NCBI GenBank assembly: GCA_000165345.1
Contig: CM000435.1
Location: 320,001 to 384,000 of the forward strand
DNA length: 64,000 nucleotides
Direction of reading: 5' to 3'
Both the position numbers and the translations under genes were made by a program. Shown one piece after another: positions 28,837 to 40,652 of the stretch. Within the stretch, counting starts at the first letter, position 1; every line of letters begins with the position of its first letter. The notes under the pieces were generated by a model. The model saw only the letters and a program-made list of their open reading frames with translations, was not told where the DNA came from and searched no databases.

Positions 28837-29542
28837 TACAGAATACTATTACAAAAAAAAAATAACCCATTTCCAAACTCCCTTAAGGTTATTAATATTA
28901 ATTTTCACTTTTATTTCAAATTAATCAAAAATTCCGCTTTTTAGTGGTACATGCATGCACACAGAATGCATGCATGCAGCTCAGACTAAATCCCGCCACC
29001 AGCCCTCATCCTCTCCACTTCTACTCCTCACCTTAAAATGCAGCCAAATAACAAAAACAATTTTTAATACAAAAACATAAAGAAATATTTCATTCATTAG
29101 GAAAAAAACCATTGAAGAAAAAGTGACAATAATAAATAAGTTTTAAAGAGTAATTCTTTGTTTCTATTTATTTATTAGTTGAATGTCTGTTTTAATATAA
29201 TGCGGAAAATGTAGCATAGGATGAGAAATTAAAGAAGAAAATTAAAATGATACCCCTTGTATGTATTTGTGTATACATAGTACCAACTTTTTTGTTCTTC
29301 CACTAGATTATGATAATAATCCTTAATCTCTTTATCCCATTGCTTCCACCAGCAGGAAAACTTAAAACAGACTTTGAGCTAATCCCATTAGATATACTTT
29401 TATGTTATATTATGTTTGGCAACCACCAAGATCTAAAACAAGAGCATCTCTCCACTCCCCTCTCTCACAAACTCAACTAACTAACTCAGGATAACTGAAA
29501 CTTTATGAATAATTACTTTTTATTCTTCATTCCAAACCCTAT

Positions 29543-32500
29543 TTATTGGGAAAAATCTTGAGTTGGAGACTCTAAAGTACGTCCTGTAGTTGCAAAAACC
29601 GATGTATCCTGCTGAGCAGAAGCTTCATTTGAAGCTGGTGGAGAAAGGAAATCCCCATTAACAACAAAATCAGGACATCCAAAAGCAAGACAACAAGCTT
29701 CTGTTGATTCTACTGGACTGAATTGTCTGAATTTACCAAAAACTGCTTGCATTGCACTAGTACATTGTGATCTTGTTACTTTAGCTTGTCCTGTTGGCTT
29801 AATTCTTCTCACAACTCCCATTATTAATTGCCAAGTAATTGGATGAGTTCTCTTCTTTGGTAAAAGATCAAGTCTATGACCATATGAATCAGCTAATTTG
29901 AATGCATAGTATCTCTCCAAATTAGTCTTAAGAACTCCTCCATTGAAGTTTTGATCTGAAGTAATATCCAATATTGAACAAATCTGAGATAACATCTGGT
30001 TACTTTGAGCTGATAAGTATTTTGGGAAAAGTATTGTCTTTACTGCATTTCTACAAGATGGAGTAGCAATTCTCATTCTTCCTTGTTTTACTTTGTTTGC
30101 ATACTTGAGAATATTTACATAGTTAACTACATCACAAAGATGAGACAGATTGATGAATTGGGAGAATCCTGTTTTTGACGCAAGTTTTTGATGTAATTGT
30201 TTAGCAGTAATAAAGTCAATTCTTTGAGCTGATAAACAACTTTCACTTTGTAATGGATCTATTAAAGCACAAATTGATTTTGCTGATTCAATTGAATATC
30301 CAAGATCATCAACTAATTGACCAGTACAGCTCTCCAATACAGTAAATTGATTCAATTTGTAAATAACCTTAGCAAATGCTTCGACTGTTGTTCTCTTCTC
30401 ATCCTTTGTTGGCTTATGAGACACAATACGATTCAACATCTCTAATTGTACTTTTGTCAAAGCTGAATAATACTTTCCTCTAACATCATCAATTCCTGGA
30501 GAATTTGATGCTTCAATAGATTCCAATGTCTTAAGAACTCCTGGTAATGATTCTACTTGACTACCTTCTGTTAAGCTTGGCATAACATCATATCTTCTAG
30601 TCTTTGTCTTGGTTGCTTTAATCTTATCATCCATAAATTGTTGATAAGTCTTTTCTGCAGATGGGAGTTGATATTCGCCTTTACCATCCATAAAGTCTTT
30701 AATGCTATTAAGAGCTTTCTTGATCTCATTAAGCTCTTTACCTGAAGTTCTTCTCTCAAAGAATGAAGAACAGGCATGATGAGACAGTTGGAAAAGTGAA
30801 TTACTAGTATCTAACCATCTTCCAAAGAATTCTGAAATCATTACAAATTCACATTTCTCTCTGGGTGGATTATCTCCCATCAATTCAAAAGCTTTACAGA
30901 TTTCATCAAATCTATATTCAAGAATACCATACCTCTTTGAAAGATCATAAATCTTCCTAGTGAAAGGATGAATAATTGGTCTTCTAGTCATAGGTAATTT
31001 ATCACATGATTCAGATCCCCAGAAGTCCATTCTAATACATATCTCCTCTTGTTGTGTTGCAGTTAAACCATATCTTTGAGCAAAAGTCAAATTAACATTT
31101 TTCAATACAAATCGATTCATAGCATGAGAACATCTTCTTTGAACTGATCCTTTTGATGGACTAATCTTTGGAACATTCATTGCTGCAACTAATAGACAAA
31201 CATCTTCAAGCTGCATCAATGTATTTCCTCTTAATTCCTTTAAGAAGTAAGATCTAACATCTCTAGCAATACCAATCAATGGAGAAACTAAGAATCTTCT
31301 ACAGATTTCAACAGATTGTTTCTCCATTGCAGAACACATCTTTCTAACCTCAGCTCCAGTGAATTGTTCTCTAGGAGCATTTTCATCGTTATTCTCAAAC
31401 TTTCCCAAATATGAGTTAAGGATAGACTCACAAGTAATTTGTGGTTCATTAATGTTAAATTCTCTAACCATATTAACAACTTCAATTAGAGAGTAAACAT
31501 TGAATCCCATAGCCTTATACTCATCATAGATGTTATAAGCCCACATAAGCTGAGTAGGCGAGATAATTCCTTCTTGTAAAGATTGGCTTAAAGCTGGCTC
31601 ACTGCTTAAGAGAACAGCCAACTTTTGACCAATAGGAGAAGTCTTCCACCATCTGGTAGTATATGTTTGAGTAGGATTGAAGAAGCCACCAGTTAAAATA
31701 ACAGCCTTTTCTTCTAATTCCTTTTGTCTCTTGGAATGTTTCTTGTATACCTCTTGACAAGCTTCAACAAATTGAGAGACAATATCCCATCCCCATGGAG
31801 AAACAGTATCTCCCATATTAGCAGCTCTGTTCCATAATAAAGAAATCATTTCATTTCTACAGAACTCAAGAGTTTGACTTTCTTCATCTTTCATTGCAGA
31901 TACAACCTTACAAGCATCACTAACTCTGAAATCAAGTAACCTCGGAAATATAGCTTCACCAAAAGCAACAGACAATTCTTGAGCCTTTTGAATGTGCCTT
32001 GGAGGAACTCTTTTACATTCTGGAGTCATAGTAAAGTCCATCATTTTACATATGGTTTCAGCATCCTCTTGAGTAACTGTTTCAACAGTAAGTGGATCTC
32101 TCAAAGCTAAGATATTTTGTTGACAAACATCATAAACAGTTCGATATTTGACATTAGGAAGCTGGGAAGGTCTAACAAGTTGAACCAATCTACAGATTGA
32201 TTGTTGTTCAAGCTTTCCTCTGAACCTGTTTTCAATATCATCAACAAGAACAAAATCTGGCCATGCCAAGTCAGCACATTCATCATGGCCCCATGGTTCT
32301 ATATTTGAGCACCAGGTCTCAGTATTTTCAGAATGAATTCCCATATCCAAAAGAACCTGTTCACAAGCCTCCTGACTCCATCCAAAAGTAGAGAACTTTT
32401 GGAACATAGTTTCAAAATCCTTAACAGTATACTTGAATGGACTGTTGGAATATTTTGGATCAGATTGGAATCTCCAAGCTGCAATTTCAGCCCATTGTCT

Positions 32501-32797
32501 GGCTCTTTCAAGAACGGCACTTTCTTTAACTCTTTGGTATCTTCTAGCAATTGGAATATAACCAATAGGAAGTCTATATTCTCTTAAACTGTCTACCCAC
32601 TTTTTATGTTCTAATGGACTCATCCATGGACCCGACATATACATATTCGTAACTGCTCCAGTTAAAGCTGCTGAATGTTGTGATGGTGGATGCAACCCCG
32701 GAACAACCTGGGTTGGCATATAGAATTGATCAAAGTTCTCTGCAAGGCATGCTCCCACAAATGCCAATGCGGTGCTAATAGTGAATATCAACTTCAT
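29543..32797 (-). CDS. Large (1084 aa) secreted Cys-rich protein of unknown function
   Basis: ATG at 32797. MKLIFTISTALAFVGACLAENF is a clear signal peptide. More than 40 Cys are spread through the sequence, and no motif I recognise is present. Confidence 0.7.
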   Translation of the reverse strand: MKLIFTISTALAFVGACLAENFDQFYMPTQVVPGLHPPSQHSAALTGAVTNMYMSGPWMSPLEHKKWVDSLREYRLPIGYIPIARRYQRVKESAVLERARQWAEIAAWRFQSDPKYSNSPFKYTVKDFETMFQKFSTFGWSQEACEQVLLDMGIHSENTETWCSNIEPWGHDECADLAWPDFVLVDDIENRFRGKLEQQSICRLVQLVRPSQLPNVKYRTVYDVCQQNILALRDPLTVETVTQEDAETICKMMDFTMTPECKRVPPRHIQKAQELSVAFGEAIFPRLLDFRVSDACKVVSAMKDEESQTLEFCRNEMISLLWNRAANMGDTVSPWGWDIVSQFVEACQEVYKKHSKRQKELEEKAVILTGGFFNPTQTYTTRWWKTSPIGQKLAVLLSSEPALSQSLQEGIISPTQLMWAYNIYDEYKAMGFNVYSLIEVVNMVREFNINEPQITCESILNSYLGKFENNDENAPREQFTGAEVRKMCSAMEKQSVEICRRFLVSPLIGIARDVRSYFLKELRGNTLMQLEDVCLLVAAMNVPKISPSKGSVQRRCSHAMNRFVLKNVNLTFAQRYGLTATQQEEICIRMDFWGSESCDKLPMTRRPIIHPFTRKIYDLSKRYGILEYRFDEICKAFELMGDNPPREKCEFVMISEFFGRWLDTSNSLFQLSHHACSSFFERRTSGKELNEIKKALNSIKDFMDGKGEYQLPSAEKTYQQFMDDKIKATKTKTRRYDVMPSLTEGSQVESLPGVLKTLESIEASNSPGIDDVRGKYYSALTKVQLEMLNRIVSHKPTKDEKRTTVEAFAKVIYKLNQFTVLESCTGQLVDDLGYSIESAKSICALIDPLQSESCLSAQRIDFITAKQLHQKLASKTGFSQFINLSHLCDVVNYVNILKYANKVKQGRMRIATPSCRNAVKTILFPKYLSAQSNQMLSQICSILDITSDQNFNGGVLKTNLERYYAFKLADSYGHRLDLLPKKRTHPITWQLIMGVVRRIKPTGQAKVTRSQCTSAMQAVFGKFRQFSPVESTEACCLAFGCPDFVVNGDFLSPPASNEASAQQDTSVFATTGRTLESPTQDFSQ

Positions 32798-34234
32798 GAT
32801 TGATTCAATAATAATTTAGATTCACAAATTTGCAAAGAGTCTTCAGGTTTCTCAGTTCCGAAGCTTTGAATAATTTTCTATCAATCTTAATAACTTATTT
32901 TTTTAATGCTGCTTCTATTTTATTACTCCACTAATAATTCCTTCTTCCAATCAAATCCACTCACTTAAGTCGATTTAATGAAAGATTCACTGCCCTATAA
33001 ATTTCAAGAAAACTCTAAGTTTACTGTCCAACTGTTCCTTTCCTTTATTTTTGCTTTATGGAATTTCCAAGCAGAGAGGAACACGTCCTGGATCTATAAA
33101 CATGTTAGATCTGCCCGCCACTATGCCGCATGGGCGCCATATATTTAAGATGGGGCACTTAAATCCGAGTTTGCATGCGCATGTAAGTTTGGCGGACTAA
33201 TGGCCATTTCCCGCCCCATAAACATGCAGAGGGTAGTTTGTTTCTTACTTTGTCCTGAATTCCCTCTTTTCCCTCTTTTTGTCATGAATTTCCTTATAGT
33301 AGATCTGTTGAGGGGAGGGTGCTTTGTTTGGATCGCTTGTTCGAGTAGACTTGGATGTCGTCATATTCTTTCTTTTCATTGTTTTGAACTTATTACGTGA
33401 TTCTTTTTCTGTGAGGAAAAGAATTGCTTACAGTTATAAATTCTTTCTATTTATGCTTTAGAAGTGATAGAGAGAGATAAAGAAAGAAAAGAGGATTTCA
33501 GAATTCAATAAAGAATAGGCTAGGCAGAAAATAAAGTTCAGTACAAGGAAATCCAATTAGGCTTTCATATATAGTTGATATTAATTACGGTGTATTATTT
33601 GAATAAAACAAAAAAAAATAACTTTTTCATGCAATTTGATTAAATGACCCTAATTTGTATTAGGATAATAAGAATTCAGCTAAATGAAAAAAAAATCTTA
33701 AAATTTGTTGTGAATATTTTTACATAAATACTACATAAAATTTGGTTAATTCTAACTCCTCCTATTTGAATCGATTTGCTTTAAAGAGAAAAAGAAGCAA
33801 AGTCCTAACCTATTGAATTATTTACTTGGTTAAAAGAAAAGTTTTGTGAAAGTGGGATAGAGAGTGAGTGGAAGAAAAGAAGGAAAGAAAAGAAATAGGG
33901 TCAGTCTGAAAAAGTTGATTATTACCTTTGATCCAGAGTTGAAGGGAATACTTATTAAAAAGAGGAAGAAAAAAAATCTTCAGCTCTTTTGATTATATCA
34001 TATTCTCTGCTTTATAAAGTATTTCACTTAATTTTGTATCCATTGAAAAAGGTTACATATATTAAGAGAAAGAAAGAAAGAGCTGATAGACTTAGGTACT
34101 CTTAAATTAATAAAATAGAGATTTAACATATTAAAGAGAAAGAAGAAAAGCTTTAAAAGAGCAACTAGTTTTTAGTTATTTAAGAAGAAAAAAGTCCAGG
34201 TTAAGATAATTTCAGCTTAATTGAATTCTGAACA

Positions 34235-35443
34235 ATGCAGCCAATTGGAGCATTTGGGATGGTTCCCCAATTAATAAATCCACCGGTGATGATGGTACCT
34301 GGAAGAAGCTCTGGGAAAGGTTCGAGTGGAAATTGTTGTGGTGGAAGTAATTCTAAAAGAAAAGGTTCCTGTGGTTCATGCGGAAGATGTTTTGGGTCAC
34401 TATTTATTATTCTATTTGCTTTTATATGTACCTCTTGTTGCTATGCTTATCCAATTTATAACTCCTTTACTAACCCAGAATACTTTAAGAAACAGGAGAC
34501 ACCAATTTGGACATGGGAAACGGCTTTTAGTAAAGCAAAAGAAATTGGCTACTCTATGTCATTAACCAAATCTCCAGAAGACGGAAATGGAACTTCTGAA
34601 AATACAGCAAGAAGTAGAGAAATGGATAGAGTTCAGTTCCTTAAATTGAATTCTACGGATGATAATAACAGAAATGCTAGTACATTTATTAACTTGGAGA
34701 ATATTTTAGGTCAGAATTCTTCCAAAATATTCTTCCCTCCATACAATAACACTTATATTTCTAGTCTTCTATATTCTAACCCAGAAAGGAAGCTAAGCAT
34801 AAGAGGAGGAGTAGGAGGATTGAACCTCGTAAAAGACTTAGCTATTGGAGTAAAGACTAAACAGATACCCAATAAATACTTCAACAAGGAGTACTGCGAT
34901 AGAGGAAGAGAAGAAAAATCGGAGGGAGTTTGGAATGAATTTTGCAACTATAAACATAATGTAACTAACTTAGAATGTATTGATATGATGAACGGGCCAG
35001 CAATATGTGTTGGAATTAGAAATCGTAAATATGAAGTGTTTTCAGTTTCAAAGCAATGCAAATTCATTGACCCCGAAATCCCTGTTGAAATCTTTCCAAC
35101 AATATCAGACATTTGCTATAGTGGAAAATACTTGAATAGTTCATTAGCTACATTTAATATTACTAAGCCAATATGTCCTTGCATGATTAGTTCAAGTCCA
35201 GTTGATAATTTAGAATTAAATGAAAATACGACAATAGCAACAACATTAACTGGCAATCAAAAAACAAGGGACTTTATTCTACAAGACAAAGCCAACCCAG
35301 AAACTCAGAAAATGCTCAGAGGGCCTGAAGGAATTTCAGACAGCTCTTCCAATTCTGGTTTAATTCATTCTACCGCCAAAACCCTTAATCATGCTATTCC
35401 GGGGAACAATACAAACTCTACACTAAAAATGCTCAATTCTTAG
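34235..35443 (+). CDS. Type II membrane protein: Gly/Cys-rich cytosolic tail, single TM, N-glycosylated ectodomain; unknown function
   Basis: ATG at 34235. The tail MQPIGAFGMVPQ...GNCCGGSNSKRKGSCGSCGRCFGS is followed by LFIILFAFICTSCCYAYPI (TM) and a ~330-aa ectodomain with many NxS/T sequons and paired Cys. Confidence 0.6.
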   Translation: MQPIGAFGMVPQLINPPVMMVPGRSSGKGSSGNCCGGSNSKRKGSCGSCGRCFGSLFIILFAFICTSCCYAYPIYNSFTNPEYFKKQETPIWTWETAFSKAKEIGYSMSLTKSPEDGNGTSENTARSREMDRVQFLKLNSTDDNNRNASTFINLENILGQNSSKIFFPPYNNTYISSLLYSNPERKLSIRGGVGGLNLVKDLAIGVKTKQIPNKYFNKEYCDRGREEKSEGVWNEFCNYKHNVTNLECIDMMNGPAICVGIRNRKYEVFSVSKQCKFIDPEIPVEIFPTISDICYSGKYLNSSLATFNITKPICPCMISSSPVDNLELNENTTIATTLTGNQKTRDFILQDKANPETQKMLRGPEGISDSSSNSGLIHSTAKTLNHAIPGNNTNSTLKMLNS

Positions 35444-36987
35444 AATAGCATTACAAAGGAAAGAAAGAGAGAGCTAATTGATTGAAACACTTTCTGTCAG
35501 TTGATTTATTGTAAATGACGATTATCTTCTCAATTAAATCAGCTCAACTGGTTTTGAAAATGCATCTAACTTTGGCATTATATACATAGAAATAATAATA
35601 ATAATAATAATATACATAGGTTGACTTCTTTTGTTTGTATTTTGATTGAAATTAGTAGGTAAAATGAAATAAATATACATATATATATGCTTAAAAGTCA
35701 GACATTCAAATAATGTTAATCTACCAAAATAGTTAATTTTACAATATGCCAAAAACTAGCAATGACTTCTCCCTTCTTGGCAATTTGAAAACTAAAGTAA
35801 AAATAAATACGGTGTGGCGCCGGCGCTTGATGTGAGGCTCAATAATTAATTCTTTGCATTAATAAAAGAGGGAAAAAAGGAAAATAAAACTTAAGTTACT
35901 GAAAACAACTCAGAAAAAACAGCTGTTAAATGATTTAATGAGAACTATAAGATTAAGAGTTGGCGATTGAGTCTGCCCTTTTTAAAACTGTTCAGAGTTT
36001 AATTTTCTACGAAAAGATGCATGCAATAAATCGCCATACTTGGCGCCCAAAAGGATTGAGTCAAAATAGTTTAATACTGGAATAGAGAATTTTATTATAT
36101 TTCCTATTATGAAACTAGAACGTTAGACATGTGCTTCACGTAATAAAAAAGAAGTCAAACTGTACAAGGTATAATATCTGCTTTTTGCGTCGAGTAGAAA
36201 GGAAGGAGAGACACTTTACTTTTTCTCAAAGATTCTAGAGAACTATATCTTAGTTCAAAAAAATCTATTAAAATAATTCGAACTTTTTTTTTTAGCTATT
36301 GTATAGAATACGTTTGAATGCCACATGGAATCAAATAAAAAGCGTTTTACCGTTTATTGAGTGTAATTTGACTATCAGAGTAAATAATTAGATGTCAGGA
36401 AGTAGTTTACTTGGCTCTACACAACTGCACTCATACTCAGTAATACGCATTACGAATTATCTGAAGTTAAGGGAGTCTTTGCCACCTCCAACTCTAAAGC
36501 TCCTTTTTACCATTCATTAGAAAACTTACAATGGCGTAAAGGATTCGGAAAGCGGCTTCCTCGAAACCTAAAGCCAAAAGTAATCACATTTTTTTAAATT
36601 AGTTTTCGTGATTTGTACAATTACATAAATCTATTGGATTCTACCTCGTTTAGATTTCAGTAAAGTCAACTAAAATTTCCTATAATGATCCTAATTGGAA
36701 ATTTAAACTAGTAATCTACATTTTGTATGCCTTATGAATCCATTAATCTCCTTATCACTTTACATTATTTTATTCCCCTCTTCGTCTTAATTGCCCATAC
36801 CCTCACTGGAACGGCTACGTACCGATACTCGGGCGCGCAAATCTTGGCGCCGCGCAGACTATATGAGGAGCTTAGATAAACTGAATATAGTGTGAAATAA
36901 GACCTGGAGTGAAAATTGGAATTCATAACAACATTGAAAGAGAATAAGGAGAATGCAAGGAGAGATTCAGGATAGGAAGGTTCATTG

Positions 36988-39900
36988 ATGATGACCACAA
37001 GGTACAGTTTTCTTCATGCTCTTATTTGCATTTGGTTATTATTTCGGATTATTTTGGAACCGGTTAATGGCAAAAATGACTCAAAGTTCAAGTTTGGACC
37101 GCAGCATCCTCCTCATGATAGAACAGTTATCACTGACTTTGATAACTATGCGATTCAATATTGTGGTCTAAAGGACTCAGTTTTTAACGTAGCTCATTGT
37201 ATTTTTCATGCATTTGTTGAAATACTTGAAGAAAGGGAGCTCAAATATGAGGATTATGAGAGTGTTATTAATTTGTTACTACAAGGAAAGAATCTAGCAT
37301 CTCACCAGAAGTTAATTTCTTCTACAAATAGTTGTCAAAGTATGGTTGTCCCATATATTAAATTTTCTAAGCCTAAATCTTCAAAATCTATTATGGGAGT
37401 CAAAATTTCTACAAAGATTGAGGATTATTGTAAATTTGCCTTTAGATGTATTAGTAATGGGTCAAATACACTTGTTAAAAGCAAACAGTCTGTTATGCAA
37501 GAACACCTTGGAAAATGGATTGGTACTTCTTTGAAGGAAAATGAGGGTTTTGGCATAGTTATAGCTTCTAGACTTGATTTTCGGATTTCTCAGCTTAAAG
37601 TCCGTTCAAAAGAACCAAATGAACTTTTAAAGATTGGATGCAAACTTGCATCAGAGTCTCCATCAAAGAGAGAGTCTCTTTGTATGGAGATCTTTAACAA
37701 CAAAGAAATTTGTTCTATTGTTGCCCCTTATAAGTTATCATTTAAAGGCTGGTCTCATCCTCCTATAGATCCTATTCAAAATAAGCCTTTCAAGTTTAAT
37801 CCTAAGACTATGATCGATGAGAAAATTAAGAGTATTGTAAATATTCAAGTTAATGAAGAGCTTCCTCCTTACTGTATGCCTCAAGAGATTTTTTCTTATA
37901 AACCTCCTCCAGAAACCTATACTAAAGAAAAGAAGATAATTCATTTTTATACTGATATAAGCCAAACTGAAAAAGCTATTATTGACCAATTTCTAATGCA
38001 TTTTGTGATTAATTATGGTAAAATCCCAAGAGTGATTTTTGATAGAAGATCTAGATATGCAATTGAAGGATGGCTTTCACATAAAAATAAATCTCCAATC
38101 ATCTCAGTACATAACTCCATGTATTCTTTAGGAAGAAAGCTCCATTACAAGGATGCAATGAGTGGAATGTTATATTCAAATTCAGGATATAAAAAAGAAA
38201 CTTATCCTTACAATCTTCCTCAATTTAAAATATTTTCTGTATATTCTGATAAAACACATACTTTTGATATTAGTGACACTAATCCACTGATCTCCACTTG
38301 TTTAAAAGAAGGATGTGCCTATTTTATAGGAAGAAGTGCTTCAATGACTCCAGTTTTAGTCATCAGAGCCTCGACAATAATATCAATAAAGAGTTTTAAA
38401 CAGTCCTCAGCATCTTTCCTTGTCATGTTTTTAATGGAATTTGCGGAAAAGTATTTGTTTTTCCCAGGAAAAGTTGAAACTATTGACATTATTGTTGACT
38501 GTAGAGGTTTCTCGCTTACAAACTTTTCAACTCTATTAAGAATCAAACCAATCCTTCTATATTGGCAGGATGAAGGTATTGTTAATCAATATCCTTTGAG
38601 ATTCAACAACATTTTTATCATTCAACAAAACGATATCTGGACTACCTTGAAAGACATTCTTGGAAGATTCTGGCTAGAAGAAACTGTTAAGAGTGTCCAA
38701 GTCATTAGTAATGTCTCCAATAATCCCAAGGATAATCCAGATCTTAAGCTTCTTTGGAGATACATTTCTCCGCACTTAATTGAAATTGATATAGGAGGTT
38801 CCAGACCCAAGTTGCAAAGTGGTCAATTTTACCCATTTAAGATCTTGCCAGGCCCATATAAGCCTTTCAACACTAATCTACTAGACCCTAAAGTCACTCC
38901 AACTCTTAGTGACTGGCCTAGTCCTGATTTTAATTCACCCAAAAACCTCTACAAGCTCCTTCCAAAGAACTTCTTCCATTCAAGGGAAAAAACCCTGGAT
39001 GGGAATGAGAATGTTGCTCCCATCAACTGGAAGGAATCCAAGCAGCTTTTAAATAGTATTCCAAAGAATCTATGGCCAGAAATGTCAACTCCAACATCAG
39101 AATTTAAATCAGAAGATAACTTAGAAAATAAGGCGGACTCTAAAGGTTCTTTAGTCTCAGAAAACAAAGGAGAAAAGAATGATATTGAAGATCCTCAAGA
39201 TACTCAAAACAGAAATGACACTTCAAAAACAACCATTGATACGGAGAAGCTCACAAAGAGTACCCCTAGAAGTATTAATACTTTAAGCAGCGGAAAAGAT
39301 AGAGATCTACTTCTTCAGTTATTACTTACTCAGAAAATGCTCGGTAATCTCAAAGAGTTCCACTCCCTCCGCCTTGAGAAAATCAAGAACAAGCGTAATT
39401 TGGAAGAACAATGTATTCAACTTGCAACCACACATATTACATTCTTCTCAAAATTGGTCGATAAAGCTCATATTGAAATTTTGAGTAAAGTTGCTAAAAT
39501 GAAGCAAAACAAAAAGGCGCCAAATATGCCGCAAGTTGACAAAAGGTTATCCATTTTTGAAGCTTATAAAGATATTGCTTCAACTTTAAATCTTAGTAGA
39601 GCTAAGAATATGTTATCTGAAAAGAGTTTAAGCTATTTAGAACAAATTGGACGCAAGATTTCAGGAATTGAGACCAAAATCAACAAAGCAAGGCAGGAGA
39701 TTAGAATTCTTTTAAAAGAAGATCCTAGCGTATTGAAAGAAAAAGCTTCATCAGCTTGGAACGAGCTCTTGACCGCTTTAAATGAGCTTGGTGAACTTAG
39801 AAAAGGAATGAGTGATATAGAGATTAAAGAGAAGAAGATAAATATTAGGCTAAGACAAATGTGTGAACAACTTACCTCCTCAATGGGTGTAACAAAGTCA

Positions 39901-40026
39901 TTTTTAGATAGCTACAGTAAATATGACCACTATAGTATGTTCGAGAGTTCTCTTCTTTATAATATGATTAATACAATTATTAAAGGGCAAGAGTATTCTT
40001 TTGAGAACTCAACTAATGGAAAATAA
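36988..40026 (+). CDS. CRAL-TRIO (Sec14-like) lipid-binding domain protein with N-terminal hydrophobic segment and C-terminal coiled-coil region
   Basis: The track start 36985 is TTG; ATG is at 36988 (MMTTRYSFLHALICIWLLFRIIL). The Sec14 signature region is FLVMFLMEFAEKYLFFPGKVETIDIIVDCRGFSLTNFSTLLRIKPILLYWQDEGIVNQYPLRFNNIFIIQQ. The C-terminal third is heptad-like (KINKARQEIRILLKEDPSVLKEKASSAW...). Confidence 0.6.
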   Translation: MMTTRYSFLHALICIWLLFRIILEPVNGKNDSKFKFGPQHPPHDRTVITDFDNYAIQYCGLKDSVFNVAHCIFHAFVEILEERELKYEDYESVINLLLQGKNLASHQKLISSTNSCQSMVVPYIKFSKPKSSKSIMGVKISTKIEDYCKFAFRCISNGSNTLVKSKQSVMQEHLGKWIGTSLKENEGFGIVIASRLDFRISQLKVRSKEPNELLKIGCKLASESPSKRESLCMEIFNNKEICSIVAPYKLSFKGWSHPPIDPIQNKPFKFNPKTMIDEKIKSIVNIQVNEELPPYCMPQEIFSYKPPPETYTKEKKIIHFYTDISQTEKAIIDQFLMHFVINYGKIPRVIFDRRSRYAIEGWLSHKNKSPIISVHNSMYSLGRKLHYKDAMSGMLYSNSGYKKETYPYNLPQFKIFSVYSDKTHTFDISDTNPLISTCLKEGCAYFIGRSASMTPVLVIRASTIISIKSFKQSSASFLVMFLMEFAEKYLFFPGKVETIDIIVDCRGFSLTNFSTLLRIKPILLYWQDEGIVNQYPLRFNNIFIIQQNDIWTTLKDILGRFWLEETVKSVQVISNVSNNPKDNPDLKLLWRYISPHLIEIDIGGSRPKLQSGQFYPFKILPGPYKPFNTNLLDPKVTPTLSDWPSPDFNSPKNLYKLLPKNFFHSREKTLDGNENVAPINWKESKQLLNSIPKNLWPEMSTPTSEFKSEDNLENKADSKGSLVSENKGEKNDIEDPQDTQNRNDTSKTTIDTEKLTKSTPRSINTLSSGKDRDLLLQLLLTQKMLGNLKEFHSLRLEKIKNKRNLEEQCIQLATTHITFFSKLVDKAHIEILSKVAKMKQNKKAPNMPQVDKRLSIFEAYKDIASTLNLSRAKNMLSEKSLSYLEQIGRKISGIETKINKARQEIRILLKEDPSVLKEKASSAWNELLTALNELGELRKGMSDIEIKEKKINIRLRQMCEQLTSSMGVTKSFLDSYSKYDHYSMFESSLLYNMINTIIKGQEYSFENSTNGK

Positions 40027-40329
40027 TATCATTTTAATATTTGATTGATCTAATCCACATTATATTTAATATTATGCATAAATACTAATTATGGAAATAC
40101 CCCAAGCTTTATTAATTTTGCTACTGTTTATATTTGCAATTATAAGTATATCAAGTGATGGAAAATTACTTTGAAATGTTTATTAAGTACTTAGAACATT
40201 TTTTTTTTTTACATTCACTTAGTTTTTTTAAGTTCTGGGCAATTTTTCAGCTCTTCCTGACTCTCTTCTCTAGCTCTATCCCTCTTCCCTGCTTCTCTAT
40301 TTTCTAAATTACCTGAAATCTAAGGTTAG

Positions 40330-40386
40330 TGCATGCAAACACCGGTGTACATGCACTTGCAAAAACTTGCAAATTTGCATGCAACT
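40330..40386. promoter_or_regulatory. GCATGC/TTGCA cluster with partial dyad symmetry downstream of the Sec14-like gene and upstream (3' side) of the acidic secreted protein gene
   Basis: 'gtgcatgcaaacaccggtgtacatgcacttgcaaaaacttgcaaatttgcatgcaac'. Confidence 0.3.
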
Positions 40387-40652
40387 CCAGAAAGTAAATT
40401 GTCCAAATTTATACTTACCTTTAGACCAATTCAAAATATTATTTTCTACAGTTTTTACTATATTAGACAACTCAAACTCAATAACTTCAAATGACAACAT
40501 TTCAATTCAAAAGATTAAAATACAAAGAACTATATGAATAAATAAACAAGTTAATTAAGACTAGAATCCTGGTAATTTCTGACATAACGATTGAGCGGCA
40601 AACCAATATCTAAAAAAAGAGTATTGAAAGAAATTGAGGTGAACTTTTGAAA

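Noticed and set aside
36100-36700. Possible tRNA/snRNA in the large spacer
   Set aside because: I could not find a tRNA T-loop (GTTCGAnTC) or a recognisable U-snRNA Sm site or conserved box by eye. It is kept only as a low-confidence 'check with RNA-seq/Infernal' finding, not a feature.
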